Below, one piece after another: positions 8,697 to 17,783 of a DNA stretch of 54,042 bases; the stretch's first letter is position 1, and each line of letters starts with the position of its first letter. The notes beneath the pieces are model-generated. The model made no database searches. It saw only the letters and a list, made by a program, of their open reading frames with translations, and had not been told where the DNA came from. The stretch lies in the IMG/VR virus record IMGVR_UViG_3300024308_000022, positions 62,001-116,042 of that record; one strand, written 5' to 3'. Made by a program: the position numbers and the translations under genes. Source of the stretch: an uncultured virus (IMG/VR IMGVR_UViG_3300024308_000022). Taxonomy: Duplodnaviria > Heunggongvirae > Uroviricota > Caudoviricetes.

Positions 8697-9015
8697 CACC
8701 ACCGTGAAGTCAGGAGAGCGTGTGTTCTCACCGACGTGGGACATCGTCCTTGGAGTGAAGTCAGGAAAGCTTACAGAAACCCAATACACGAATGTCTACC
8801 GGCAACTCATGCAGCAAAGCTACCAGCGTAGTAAAGAACGCTGGTTAGCCGTCTGTGCTACTCCGAAAGTAGCGATTGCGTGTTACTGTCCTCCCGGTAC
8901 GTTCTGTCATCGTCACTTACTCAAAACGTACTTTGAGAAATGCTGCCTTTCTAATAACCTCCCATTTGTAGACCGTGGAGAACTAACCAAGGAGACCTTC
9001 AATGTCAGTGAATAA
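8626..9015 (+). CDS. DUF488-like protein
   Basis: FSPTW...Y...Y...M and C-terminal IACYC....FCHRHLL pattern; AAGGAGG RBS. Confidence 0.65.
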   Translation: MECYTIQLSQHRLVTPESGILLLDTTVKSGERVFSPTWDIVLGVKSGKLTETQYTNVYRQLMQQSYQRSKERWLAVCATPKVAIACYCPPGTFCHRHLLKTYFEKCCLSNNLPFVDRGELTKETFNVSE

Positions 9016-9454
9016 AAACACGATTGAATTTCTGATCAAAGAGTTGGATTACTTAAGCCAACACAACTTCGTGCCCGATGGGGGTGTTTTAGCGTCACCA
9101 CGAGATTTACCCCAGTTAGAGAAATACTACTGCCCGTGTAAGTACTCCTCTGACATCCGTATGGTCTTAATCGACGTGTTGATCAAAGCACCCGCGCTTT
9201 TATTGACCATAGACGCTTCGCTTGTTCCTTCGGCGTGTAATGCGTTTAAACAGTACGGGTATGAGGTCGTGACTTTAGTTGATCAAACCGACAAGGTTGT
9301 TGTGGCGCGTTACATCAAAACGACCAAAGGGTTGATTTGTTTTTGGACATCGCCTCGAATGGACTCCTACGGGTTGAATGGTGTGTTAGGTAAACCAACC
9401 ACATTTAAACAACGTTTAAAATTCGCGTGGGGTGTGTTACGGGGAACGTGTTAG
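9002..9454 (+). CDS. Hypothetical protein
   Basis: AAGGAG RBS; last gene before a convergent terminator. Confidence 0.7.
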   Translation: MSVNKNTIEFLIKELDYLSQHNFVPDGGVLASPRDLPQLEKYYCPCKYSSDIRMVLIDVLIKAPALLLTIDASLVPSACNAFKQYGYEVVTLVDQTDKVVVARYIKTTKGLICFWTSPRMDSYGLNGVLGKPTTFKQRLKFAWGVLRGTC

Positions 9455-9458
9455 ACGG

Positions 9459-9491
9459 CATACAGGGAGAGCGCGAAGCTCTCCCTGTATG
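9459..9491. terminator. Bidirectional terminator-like hairpin
   Basis: CATACAGGGAGAGC-GCGAA-GCTCTCCCTGTATG between convergent genes. Confidence 0.8.
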
Positions 9492-9515
9492 TTTCTACGC
9501 CTTACTTTTTTTGGC

Positions 9516-10379
9516 TTACGCGATGGTTTCAGCTTGAGCGCGTTTCACGCCTTCAGCGTAACCATACTCACCACGTTTCACGTCAGCGTCGATCGCGTTG
9601 GTGAACGCTTCGATGCGGTTCGGGTTCAGACCAGTCTGCAGGATCTCGTCGAAGATCTGCTGAGCGAACTGTTTCACACCTAAGCCGTGCTGAGTTAGTG
9701 CAGTGAACTCGACGTCAAACTCGATGGTCTGACCTGGAGCTTGTAAGTCACGAGAACCTTCCACAGGACCAGCAGTGTTCGGACGCATGTTCGTACACAG
9801 CCACGCTTCCACCACTTTCGTGTGGGTTGCGTCTGGTTCGAAATACAGTACCGTGGCACCGATGTAGTCAGGTAACAGATCCGCAGGTTGAGTACCCGCA
9901 ATCTGAGAGATCGCAGGAACACCTGTGTCTGGATGACCAATCAAATACGTAATCCAGCCCGTGTAGAAACGGTTGTATGGCTTGCCGTATTTCTCTACGT
10001 GTGTGTGCGTTGGCGTACTACGCTGACGGTTCACTTTTGTAGGGTCCTGGAACATCTCATTGCTACCGTACGCGGTTTCTGCGTTATCCACAGTCAGAGT
10101 CGCGTTCAGACCGCTGATGCGGATAGAACCTTCTTCAATGATTGCTTTAAACGCAGCATGCCAGCGTTGTGGTTCTGGTAGGTCATTAAAACCACGAGGG
10201 GAGTTAATGACCACGGCAATGAGGTTCTTGCGAATGTGGTGAGCAGTACTGACGTACGCTTTGTACGACGGTATAAAACCATGGCTGTTCCCAAGTTCTG
10301 GGTTCAGTGTGGTGTTGCTACCAAAGTCACCTAAGTACGCCGTACCTTCTGCTAAAATAGCATTAGTTAAACGAGACAT
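9516..10379 (-). CDS. Tail tube protein (phiKZ gp030-like)
   Basis: 287 aa directly downstream of the sheath; EKYG.P, YFEPD, AWLCTNM.P motifs typical of the family. Confidence 0.85.
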   Translation of the reverse strand: MSRLTNAILAEGTAYLGDFGSNTTLNPELGNSHGFIPSYKAYVSTAHHIRKNLIAVVINSPRGFNDLPEPQRWHAAFKAIIEEGSIRISGLNATLTVDNAETAYGSNEMFQDPTKVNRQRSTPTHTHVEKYGKPYNRFYTGWITYLIGHPDTGVPAISQIAGTQPADLLPDYIGATVLYFEPDATHTKVVEAWLCTNMRPNTAGPVEGSRDLQAPGQTIEFDVEFTALTQHGLGVKQFAQQIFDEILQTGLNPNRIEAFTNAIDADVKRGEYGYAEGVKRAQAETIA

Positions 10380-10380
10380 A

Positions 10381-12444
10381 TTACACCTCCTCCTCGATAC
10401 GGCGTGCGATGATTGTCGTCGTGTTCACGTTCTTCTGACCGCGACCACGAATCGTCACTTCCGTAGACCAGCTGTAACCACGAGCACGGTCTGCCGTAGT
10501 GAAGTTAGTCCGTGGAGTGATTTCCACCAGATTGTCGTACTTGTTCTGTACCCACAGCAGAATCAAACGGTCTGATTCCTGAGCCAGCTGCTCTTCTGAC
10601 AAGTCTTCACGACCGGTCAGCTGTGTCCACACGTAGTAACAACCACGCACCACGTCACCTAAGATGAACGCAATCAGGATGCTGTTCAGCACACTGGTGT
10701 CGTCATCGTACACGGTTTTGAATGCAGGGTAGAACAACGTGTTGTCGTCTTTGAAACGAGCAGACACTAAACCTAACGACCAATCCGCGGTTAACGTGGT
10801 GTTTGGTTTGCTGGTGCAGTTCATGTACTGCGGTGCTAAGAACTGTAAGTTACGGTTCTGTGGTAAGTTCAGGCTTGCAGAGTTCTGGAAGCGATCCCCA
10901 CCCATGTACCGTTGTAACTTCAACGCCACTTCAAACGTACCTGGAACCAGTTTACGATACGTGGAGTTCAGCAGGTAGCTGGACTGACCAATAATCGCAC
11001 CACGGCACGTTGGTGTACCGTAGTAAGTGGATTCAGGATGTAAGCGCAGCGCACTACGCAGTGCAGCAGCGATAGACGACTCTTCAGAAATGGTGTTCTG
11101 AGGTTGTGCTACGTCTTGTGTGGCTTCTAAGACGACCACGTCACGACGCACAGACATGATCTGTGGTAGTTTGTTCTTCGTCGGTAACGTAAAACCAGAG
11201 TCGACCACACAGGTGAACGGGTAACGACCCATGTCTTCGTAGCGAACAAAACCAGTCGACATATTGTCGAAGATCTCACCAACGCGTGCTTCGTAATGAG
11301 CAGCCGTCATCAAACCGTCTTTACCACCTTCTAAATAGAAGTTAGACGTTTCAGTGAATTCCACGCCACCATCCAACACACCAACGATCTGTGCAGTGTA
11401 GTACGGCTCACCTGAAGGAGACGCAGCACCAAACAAGTTGAACGCGTAGATACCAGTATCGGAAGCTAACGTAGGCTCACCCGCTTCTGCGCTGTGTAAG
11501 TCTTCCAGTAAACCGTCCAGTTTGTCACGGTAGACGTAAATGTCGCCGTATGGACCAAACACTGGAGCACTACCATCGTTTGGCATCAGGTTACGGTAGT
11601 TATCCGCAATGACGCGATCGAACGCTAATTCACTTTCAGTCAGTGGATCGAACGCGTCTGGGTCTAAAGAGAACTCCACGAAACGCTCACCGTTGATTGT
11701 CGGTGCTACGGTACCTAAGCTTGTAGTAGACGCACGACGGATCGCAGCGAAGCGGTTGATGTAACTACCAACACGTTCGATACGGTCACGGTCTACGGGT
11801 TCAGACGACGCATCCGTAGGGGCAAACAAAGAGAAACCGATATTGTTGCCGTCGATACCAAAGTACGCAGCTGGTATATCCATCAACGGTTTGATCGTAG
11901 ACTGTGTGGCACCTTCGGTCATGCTACCTACACGTTCTACTTCAGCGCCTACAGCACCTACTAAAGGAGCCAACACAAACTTGTATTTGTAACCAGGTTT
12001 GGTCGTACCCAAAGGAATCTTCAGACCGTCTTCGTCGTACTTAAACGAACCGTCGGTGTTGCGTTCGTACTGAGGGATGTTCATCGCCAGCACGTCAACC
12101 GCTAAGTTGATCATTGCAGTTTTTGGCAAGTCGGTTAAGTCGTTGGGTGCAATACGTTCTACTGCAACTAAACCACCGGCTTCTAACAAAGCACGTGTCA
12201 GAACCGCTTGGTGGGTCATGTACTTACTGCGATACTGTAAAGATTCAGCACCGAATATTTTGTCAAAGTCAGCCTTATCCACAATGATCGGACCGTAGTT
12301 CGGATCAGTGGGACCACGCTGGGTGAATAAAGGGCTATAAGCCAAAAAGACCGGGGACGGTCTCGCCTCGACCGGCACTGTGGCTGTGGACTGATCGTCC
12401 GCGCCTTGGTACCGGAACGCCGGATTGGCTGAGTTAATTGTCAT
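10381..12444 (-). CDS. Tail sheath protein (phiKZ gp029-like)
   Basis: About 690 aa; YLEGGKDG, DSGF, PES.YYGT motifs; ATG 12444 after AGGAG; TATG motif at 12514-12511. Confidence 0.9.
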   Translation of the reverse strand: MTINSANPAFRYQGADDQSTATVPVEARPSPVFLAYSPLFTQRGPTDPNYGPIIVDKADFDKIFGAESLQYRSKYMTHQAVLTRALLEAGGLVAVERIAPNDLTDLPKTAMINLAVDVLAMNIPQYERNTDGSFKYDEDGLKIPLGTTKPGYKYKFVLAPLVGAVGAEVERVGSMTEGATQSTIKPLMDIPAAYFGIDGNNIGFSLFAPTDASSEPVDRDRIERVGSYINRFAAIRRASTTSLGTVAPTINGERFVEFSLDPDAFDPLTESELAFDRVIADNYRNLMPNDGSAPVFGPYGDIYVYRDKLDGLLEDLHSAEAGEPTLASDTGIYAFNLFGAASPSGEPYYTAQIVGVLDGGVEFTETSNFYLEGGKDGLMTAAHYEARVGEIFDNMSTGFVRYEDMGRYPFTCVVDSGFTLPTKNKLPQIMSVRRDVVVLEATQDVAQPQNTISEESSIAAALRSALRLHPESTYYGTPTCRGAIIGQSSYLLNSTYRKLVPGTFEVALKLQRYMGGDRFQNSASLNLPQNRNLQFLAPQYMNCTSKPNTTLTADWSLGLVSARFKDDNTLFYPAFKTVYDDDTSVLNSILIAFILGDVVRGCYYVWTQLTGREDLSEEQLAQESDRLILLWVQNKYDNLVEITPRTNFTTADRARGYSWSTEVTIRGRGQKNVNTTTIIARRIEEEV

Positions 12445-12593
12445 GGGTGTACTCCTGATTCCGTTAACGGGTGAAGCTTTTGTATCGTATGGCCATACTG
12501 CGTACGACTTCATAGAATTCGGTTTTTACGTACTACCGAGCGAAGACGAAAAAGACGCACATGATTAACTTTCTTTATTAAGGATACCTTTTT

Positions 12594-13502
12594 ATGTTTT
12601 TAACGCCTTATAACACCACAATAGCGGCACACTCTGCTGGAGTGATCGAACGTAAAGTGGTATCAGAATTGAACTACGCACGGACTGAAGGTGCGCTAGT
12701 GCAAGCCGATGAACGTTTTCCAAAGATCTTCGCTGTTGCAGGACGTGGTGTTGCGTTAGATCGTATCCCAGCCTTCGGTCACCCTGTGGTAGACGGTGAG
12801 TACACGTACGTTGACTTACGTAGCTACAACAGTCAAGTGTTAACTTCTGGTCAATACAAAGCACCGAAAGAAGGTGCTGCTGCGTTTTTAATCAAACAAG
12901 CTATTCTCCAGACTGCGTGGACGGAAGACCGCGCTGATCGTCAGAGTCTTTGGTTGTTCAGTAGCTTACCTATAAAAGGCTACGCCAACTGGATCGGCGA
13001 GTTAGTCACGCGTCGTTTAGCGTTGGATTACACCGCTCAAATGAAACTGACTGCATTAGCAGCGTGGTTTTACCTCTGCCTACATTTTAACGAAAACGAG
13101 CTAGAGTCTGACCAAGACGCGTTAGCCGTACGTTTAAGTCGTGTGAGTGATCAAGGTATTGAAGAGTGCCGTGAAGCCGTAGCCTTAGGGTACTTAGCTG
13201 ACACCGACGCGTTCAGTAACGCCGTGCAGCGTTTAGGGAGTTTGAAACTAGAGCACTTCACGAATGGCGTGTTCTACTCGATCATGGCGTCTAGCTGGTT
13301 TGGTACTCCCACCGCAAAAGAGTCGGTCTCTGTGGCATTAGAGCACCCACCAACGTGGATTGCTTTACTCCACACGGTAGTGAACGAACGTGTGTACAAC
13401 AAAACTCCAATCTTTTTATCCACTCAGCGTTTCTTGAAACGTGAAGCGTTAGAACAGTTTGACCGTTCTTTCGTCAGTCTGGTTCGTCAATTAGGGAACT
13501 AA
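12594..13502 (+). CDS. Virion structural protein (phiKZ gp028-like)
   Basis: Divergent from the sheath as in phiKZ; IPAFGHP, VALEHPPTW. Confidence 0.75.
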   Translation: MFLTPYNTTIAAHSAGVIERKVVSELNYARTEGALVQADERFPKIFAVAGRGVALDRIPAFGHPVVDGEYTYVDLRSYNSQVLTSGQYKAPKEGAAAFLIKQAILQTAWTEDRADRQSLWLFSSLPIKGYANWIGELVTRRLALDYTAQMKLTALAAWFYLCLHFNENELESDQDALAVRLSRVSDQGIEECREAVALGYLADTDAFSNAVQRLGSLKLEHFTNGVFYSIMASSWFGTPTAKESVSVALEHPPTWIALLHTVVNERVYNKTPIFLSTQRFLKREALEQFDRSFVSLVRQLGN

Positions 13503-13506
13503 CACC

Positions 13507-16020
13507 ATGCTTGATCAACTGACCGATTACGCCATCTCTAACATTTGGTGTAGTCCTTATCAGGATCTGCAGGCGATCATCCAACTCCGTAGAGCGACGC
13601 CTGTAGGAGGGCGTCGCTCTTATTTTGAGTATGGCCGTCAGCAGTACTATTTACCGGATTCTACCCACTCCTACCACATCTACTCGTTAGGGCAGACTGC
13701 ACCCAACCGTTTGAATCTAGCTGCCACACAACGCAGCTGGGTGAGCTGCGCTCAGGTTATGGAAGCACGGAATTTAGTGATTGACCTGTACTTAGAAAAT
13801 GGGTTGATGTTTCCAAAGACGGAATCATTCCTTTTACGCACGCCAGACAAAACGTATTTACTCGCTGTGCGGATACAGCCAAAGATTGGTAATCTCGATA
13901 CACAGCTTTTGTACATGCGGTTTTACAGCAGCGCGTATTTCCAATCCAGTAACAAACCTACTGACTTACCTCCGATTGAAGTCAAAGGTGGAACAATCCT
14001 TTCATCGGCTCAGGGCTTAACCTTGCAGCAACAGTATCACTTAGCACGCGAGCGGGTAGGGTACGTGACTGCGTACAAGAACGGCCGGGTGGTGTCTGAC
14101 TTCATTCCTGGCTCCTACGTCAACGGTGACGTGATTGAGTGGGTGTATGACCCGACAGTAGCGGAAGTGATAGACTTCCCGTTGGAGTCTTTACAGTCGT
14201 TTATCTCTACAGTGGATAGTCAAGCGAAGTACTTACTCCACCCACCAAAGAAAGAAAACGATTACATCCAGTACAAAGACGACGTAGAGATTTTTTTGCT
14301 CAACACGGCAGGCTCGGTAGAAACCGGCGTGTATTATCACCGTAACATCGATCGCTCGATGCGTATGGTCACACACAACGACTACAGCATTCCAGTCTCC
14401 CACATCGACAATATCAAAATTGCCAATGGGTGGAACTCAGAGCCAGACGTTACTGTACGGTTACTGATCCGTCATACGCTCAACAACCGTCCTTTGGTAG
14501 ACGAACACCAGCGTATCCAAGACTTGTACGAGATGACAGACAGTCAAATCCAGGCCGCGTTGATTGGTATTGACTCTACGATCGTCGAGTGGAGAGCAGC
14601 GAACTTAGAAAACAGCACGTACTGCGCATTGATGTCGGCTGTACACCCAGAGACCTACCGAAGTCAAACGCCTGCACTCTTTGGGTACAACGCCATGACG
14701 AAGATCCTCGGTAAACCCTACGGGACTAAAACGGATGGGTACTTCCAATTAGCTTCTTTATACACAGGCACGTCTACGGTGTTTGAGTACAACGCCAGTG
14801 GGTTATTGTTAGGCTACCGGACGGTGGTAGGGGTAGAGAACTACGTTCCTTTATTCCCAGCCTGTGAGTACATTGAAGTCTTTGATGGAGAAGGTGGGTT
14901 AGCGTTAGACCTGACGTATTCTACCACAGAGAAGTTCTTAAACCCGAACGTAGGGTATCGGTTCTACATCTGTGACTTACAAAACGGAGAGCCTACCAAT
15001 GCATGGGTGGACGTTACGGGCGATACGTCGGTGTACACCATCGGAACAGACGGTCGTGTGAACTGGTTGTTCAACCCGGTGTACAAACGAGGCTTAGTCA
15101 AAGGAGACTCGAAGTTCACGTGTTACTCGTTGTCACTGAACAACACCGAACTCGTGTGGGAATTTACTTTACTGGACACTGCGCCTGGGAATGAGCTTAC
15201 GGTTTTACCTGCGAAACTCGACATCTGGTTAAACGGACATCCCTTAGTAGAGACGGTGGATTTTTTTGTTCGTGGCAAGAAAGTCGTTGTCGTGAATCGT
15301 GATTACTTGTCCCAGACGTTGTCACAACAGCTGGTGGTGCGTGGAACAGGATTCTGTAAAGACGACATGACGCGTGAGACTCCTAGTGAGCTTGGGTTTG
15401 TAGAACACGAAACGATCTCTGTGGGAAGTACGTACAACCTACGGAACGATCGCGCTATCCGTTGTGTTGTAGGTGGTCGGTTCTATACGCCGGATCAGTT
15501 GTCGTTTGCTGAGAACATGCGGGAAGTTACGGTTCCTGGTCTACAAAACGGTCAGCCGTACTGTATTGATGCAGTACTGGTCCCTTTACGTGGACTTACC
15601 CCGTATAACACCTACCCTTTCCGTCCAGAGTCTTTAGACTTAGACCAACGGGTGAGTGATTACTTAACCGCGAAGATACCTCCTCCAGAGTGGGAAGGTC
15701 CGTCTCCTATTACAGGACTGTATAAAGTCGTCAGTCCGTTTATGGCGAAGATTCTTTCTTTGTTAGAACGGGGTTTACTGACCGCTCCTGCAAGCTCTGC
15801 AACAGGACAAGAAATCGAACAGTTGGTGACGCCGTATAAATACCTACTGGACTTTGATCCGTGTGTGGAAGGATACAACGAGGAGTACGTCCTCCCTGTA
15901 CCGCATCCACGGTTAACACTGATGGAAGTCTCAGCGGTAGAATACGCGTTTTTAGAACGGTTAAACACCACGTACTTACGTGGGGTGTTAGACCTCACAC
16001 CTTCCGTGGTGATCGTGTGA
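13507..16020 (+). CDS. Baseplate/structural protein (phiKZ gp027-like)
   Basis: NIWCSP.QD.Q N-terminus, MVTHNDYSIP; size and synteny. Confidence 0.8.
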   Translation: MLDQLTDYAISNIWCSPYQDLQAIIQLRRATPVGGRRSYFEYGRQQYYLPDSTHSYHIYSLGQTAPNRLNLAATQRSWVSCAQVMEARNLVIDLYLENGLMFPKTESFLLRTPDKTYLLAVRIQPKIGNLDTQLLYMRFYSSAYFQSSNKPTDLPPIEVKGGTILSSAQGLTLQQQYHLARERVGYVTAYKNGRVVSDFIPGSYVNGDVIEWVYDPTVAEVIDFPLESLQSFISTVDSQAKYLLHPPKKENDYIQYKDDVEIFLLNTAGSVETGVYYHRNIDRSMRMVTHNDYSIPVSHIDNIKIANGWNSEPDVTVRLLIRHTLNNRPLVDEHQRIQDLYEMTDSQIQAALIGIDSTIVEWRAANLENSTYCALMSAVHPETYRSQTPALFGYNAMTKILGKPYGTKTDGYFQLASLYTGTSTVFEYNASGLLLGYRTVVGVENYVPLFPACEYIEVFDGEGGLALDLTYSTTEKFLNPNVGYRFYICDLQNGEPTNAWVDVTGDTSVYTIGTDGRVNWLFNPVYKRGLVKGDSKFTCYSLSLNNTELVWEFTLLDTAPGNELTVLPAKLDIWLNGHPLVETVDFFVRGKKVVVVNRDYLSQTLSQQLVVRGTGFCKDDMTRETPSELGFVEHETISVGSTYNLRNDRAIRCVVGGRFYTPDQLSFAENMREVTVPGLQNGQPYCIDAVLVPLRGLTPYNTYPFRPESLDLDQRVSDYLTAKIPPPEWEGPSPITGLYKVVSPFMAKILSLLERGLLTAPASSATGQEIEQLVTPYKYLLDFDPCVEGYNEEYVLPVPHPRLTLMEVSAVEYAFLERLNTTYLRGVLDLTPSVVIV

Positions 16021-16051
16021 TCACGACACACGTTTTAAAAGGAGTCGCCTG

Positions 16052-17695
16052 ATGGCACAACCTATATTACCCCAAGACGATCGATTTAACGTCTGGTTGA
16101 AACCACAGCTGTACACAGGCCCTACAGGCACGGGACGGTTCGTTCCAAACGTCAATGACTTGATCATTGACTACGACGTAGGGTTTGAGCGAGTCAGTGG
16201 TGTCGTCGACCTGATCTACCAATCAGTCCCTTGGACGAAACCTCAAGAAACTGGCATTACCACAGAAAACCTTTTACTGGGCGTGTCGGATGACTTTACC
16301 CAACAAAGCTATCGGATCTTTATCGATACGTTACGCCAGCCGTACCGGATGTCGTTTGACTCCCAGCTGAAAGTGTACGCAACGTCCAGTGCGTCGTCGA
16401 TTCGTGTCTTTAAAGGGTACGACATCAGCAATGACGGTGAAGTAATCTCCATTATGTACAACTCCAGTGGGGTTCCTACAGGAGACTTGATTCCTCTGGT
16501 TACTGCGGTATTACCCGATGCGAATAATGTCTCTGTGAAAGTCCCCGCAAATGGATGGAGTACCATGCCGTTACCTACCGGTGAGATCGTCACTGCAGTC
16601 GTCTACGACGATGCAGGAGTCGTACTCAGTCTGTGTCGTTTACGTGTAGAAGACTCTGCATTTGTTAAAGCAGCAGACACCCCAGAGCGATACGTTACCG
16701 GTATTGCGTTAGAGTCTCCGTACTTGTCGTTATCGGACGATAAGCTGTTGCAGATTCCAGTGAACGTCCCTTTGAGCTCTGTTCCACTGATGGGGATCGT
16801 CACGTACAGTGTAGGCAACCCCGTACGGGTGGCGTTAGACTCTGGGCGGATGGAACTGATCGGCATGAACGAGTACGTAGGGACCAACGCAGGACAACGT
16901 CAAGACTTGGTGCTTCAGTACACCTTAGGTTCTGACGAAACGTCTTCATTAGCGACGGGTCCGAATCTGAATAAGATCGCGGTAGCGTATGAAGTCGAAG
17001 TCTTACCGGTGCAAGGTGCGTACAACACGAAACTGTTTGTGGTGCCGTACTGGACAGGTGCGTTGACAGGCTGGCGTTTAGACTGGTACCTCTACAACTT
17101 AGAGCGGACAGCGTATCAATACGTAACACCGCACGTGCAGTTAGCGGTAGGCTCAGCAGCCTTCCAACCACTGACGTATGGCGTAGAACAATCCGTGACG
17201 TACGTGTTAAACCTCGCGGATATCCCAGGGGACTACACAGACTTCTATCACGTACAAAACGTACGGATTACGTTAGTGGGAGACGGCATCCAAGACCGTA
17301 CTCCGTGGTACATCCGGTATATGGAAGGACAAGATCCACAATACGGTGGAGGCTTATCCGCACGTGTCACACGCATTGCGATTGGTGACTCTACGGTTCG
17401 TTTGGAAGCGACTGGTTCTGGCACACTTGCAGAGTGGTTAGAGAAAGTGTACTACCCAACGATTCCACTCAGAGACCCGTTCAACGAACCAAACCGTCCA
17501 CCAGCGCCGACTCACTTCGTGTTGACCTTGGATGGTTTACAGTACACGTTCCCGATCGACCAGTGGAACCAAGACTTGCAGATCACGTCTCCTGGAGTCG
17601 TGGGCGCTGCAGCCGTGGTCCACTTCGAACGTCGGATTGGTACGACGGTACTGCAGCTTGCTGCCAGTCCGTTTGTCATCGTGCATGTAAACTAA
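16052..17695 (+). CDS. Baseplate/structural protein (phiKZ gp026-like)
   Basis: YTGP.G.GRFVPNVND N-terminus; lies between gp027-like gene and terminase. Confidence 0.75.
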   Translation: MAQPILPQDDRFNVWLKPQLYTGPTGTGRFVPNVNDLIIDYDVGFERVSGVVDLIYQSVPWTKPQETGITTENLLLGVSDDFTQQSYRIFIDTLRQPYRMSFDSQLKVYATSSASSIRVFKGYDISNDGEVISIMYNSSGVPTGDLIPLVTAVLPDANNVSVKVPANGWSTMPLPTGEIVTAVVYDDAGVVLSLCRLRVEDSAFVKAADTPERYVTGIALESPYLSLSDDKLLQIPVNVPLSSVPLMGIVTYSVGNPVRVALDSGRMELIGMNEYVGTNAGQRQDLVLQYTLGSDETSSLATGPNLNKIAVAYEVEVLPVQGAYNTKLFVVPYWTGALTGWRLDWYLYNLERTAYQYVTPHVQLAVGSAAFQPLTYGVEQSVTYVLNLADIPGDYTDFYHVQNVRITLVGDGIQDRTPWYIRYMEGQDPQYGGGLSARVTRIAIGDSTVRLEATGSGTLAEWLEKVYYPTIPLRDPFNEPNRPPAPTHFVLTLDGLQYTFPIDQWNQDLQITSPGVVGAAAVVHFERRIGTTVLQLAASPFVIVHVN

Positions 17696-17699
17696 GGAG

Positions 17700-17731
17700 T
17701 AAGGATGAGGGGTTGCGCCCTCATCCTTATG
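17700..17731 (+). terminator. Terminator-like hairpin
   Basis: TAAGGATGAGGG-GTTGCG-CCCTCATCCTTA, ending in TATG. Confidence 0.7.
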
Positions 17732-17783
17732 ACCGTTATACAGCAACTCACTTTCTTTTCATGAAAGTGTGTAGGATGGATTT

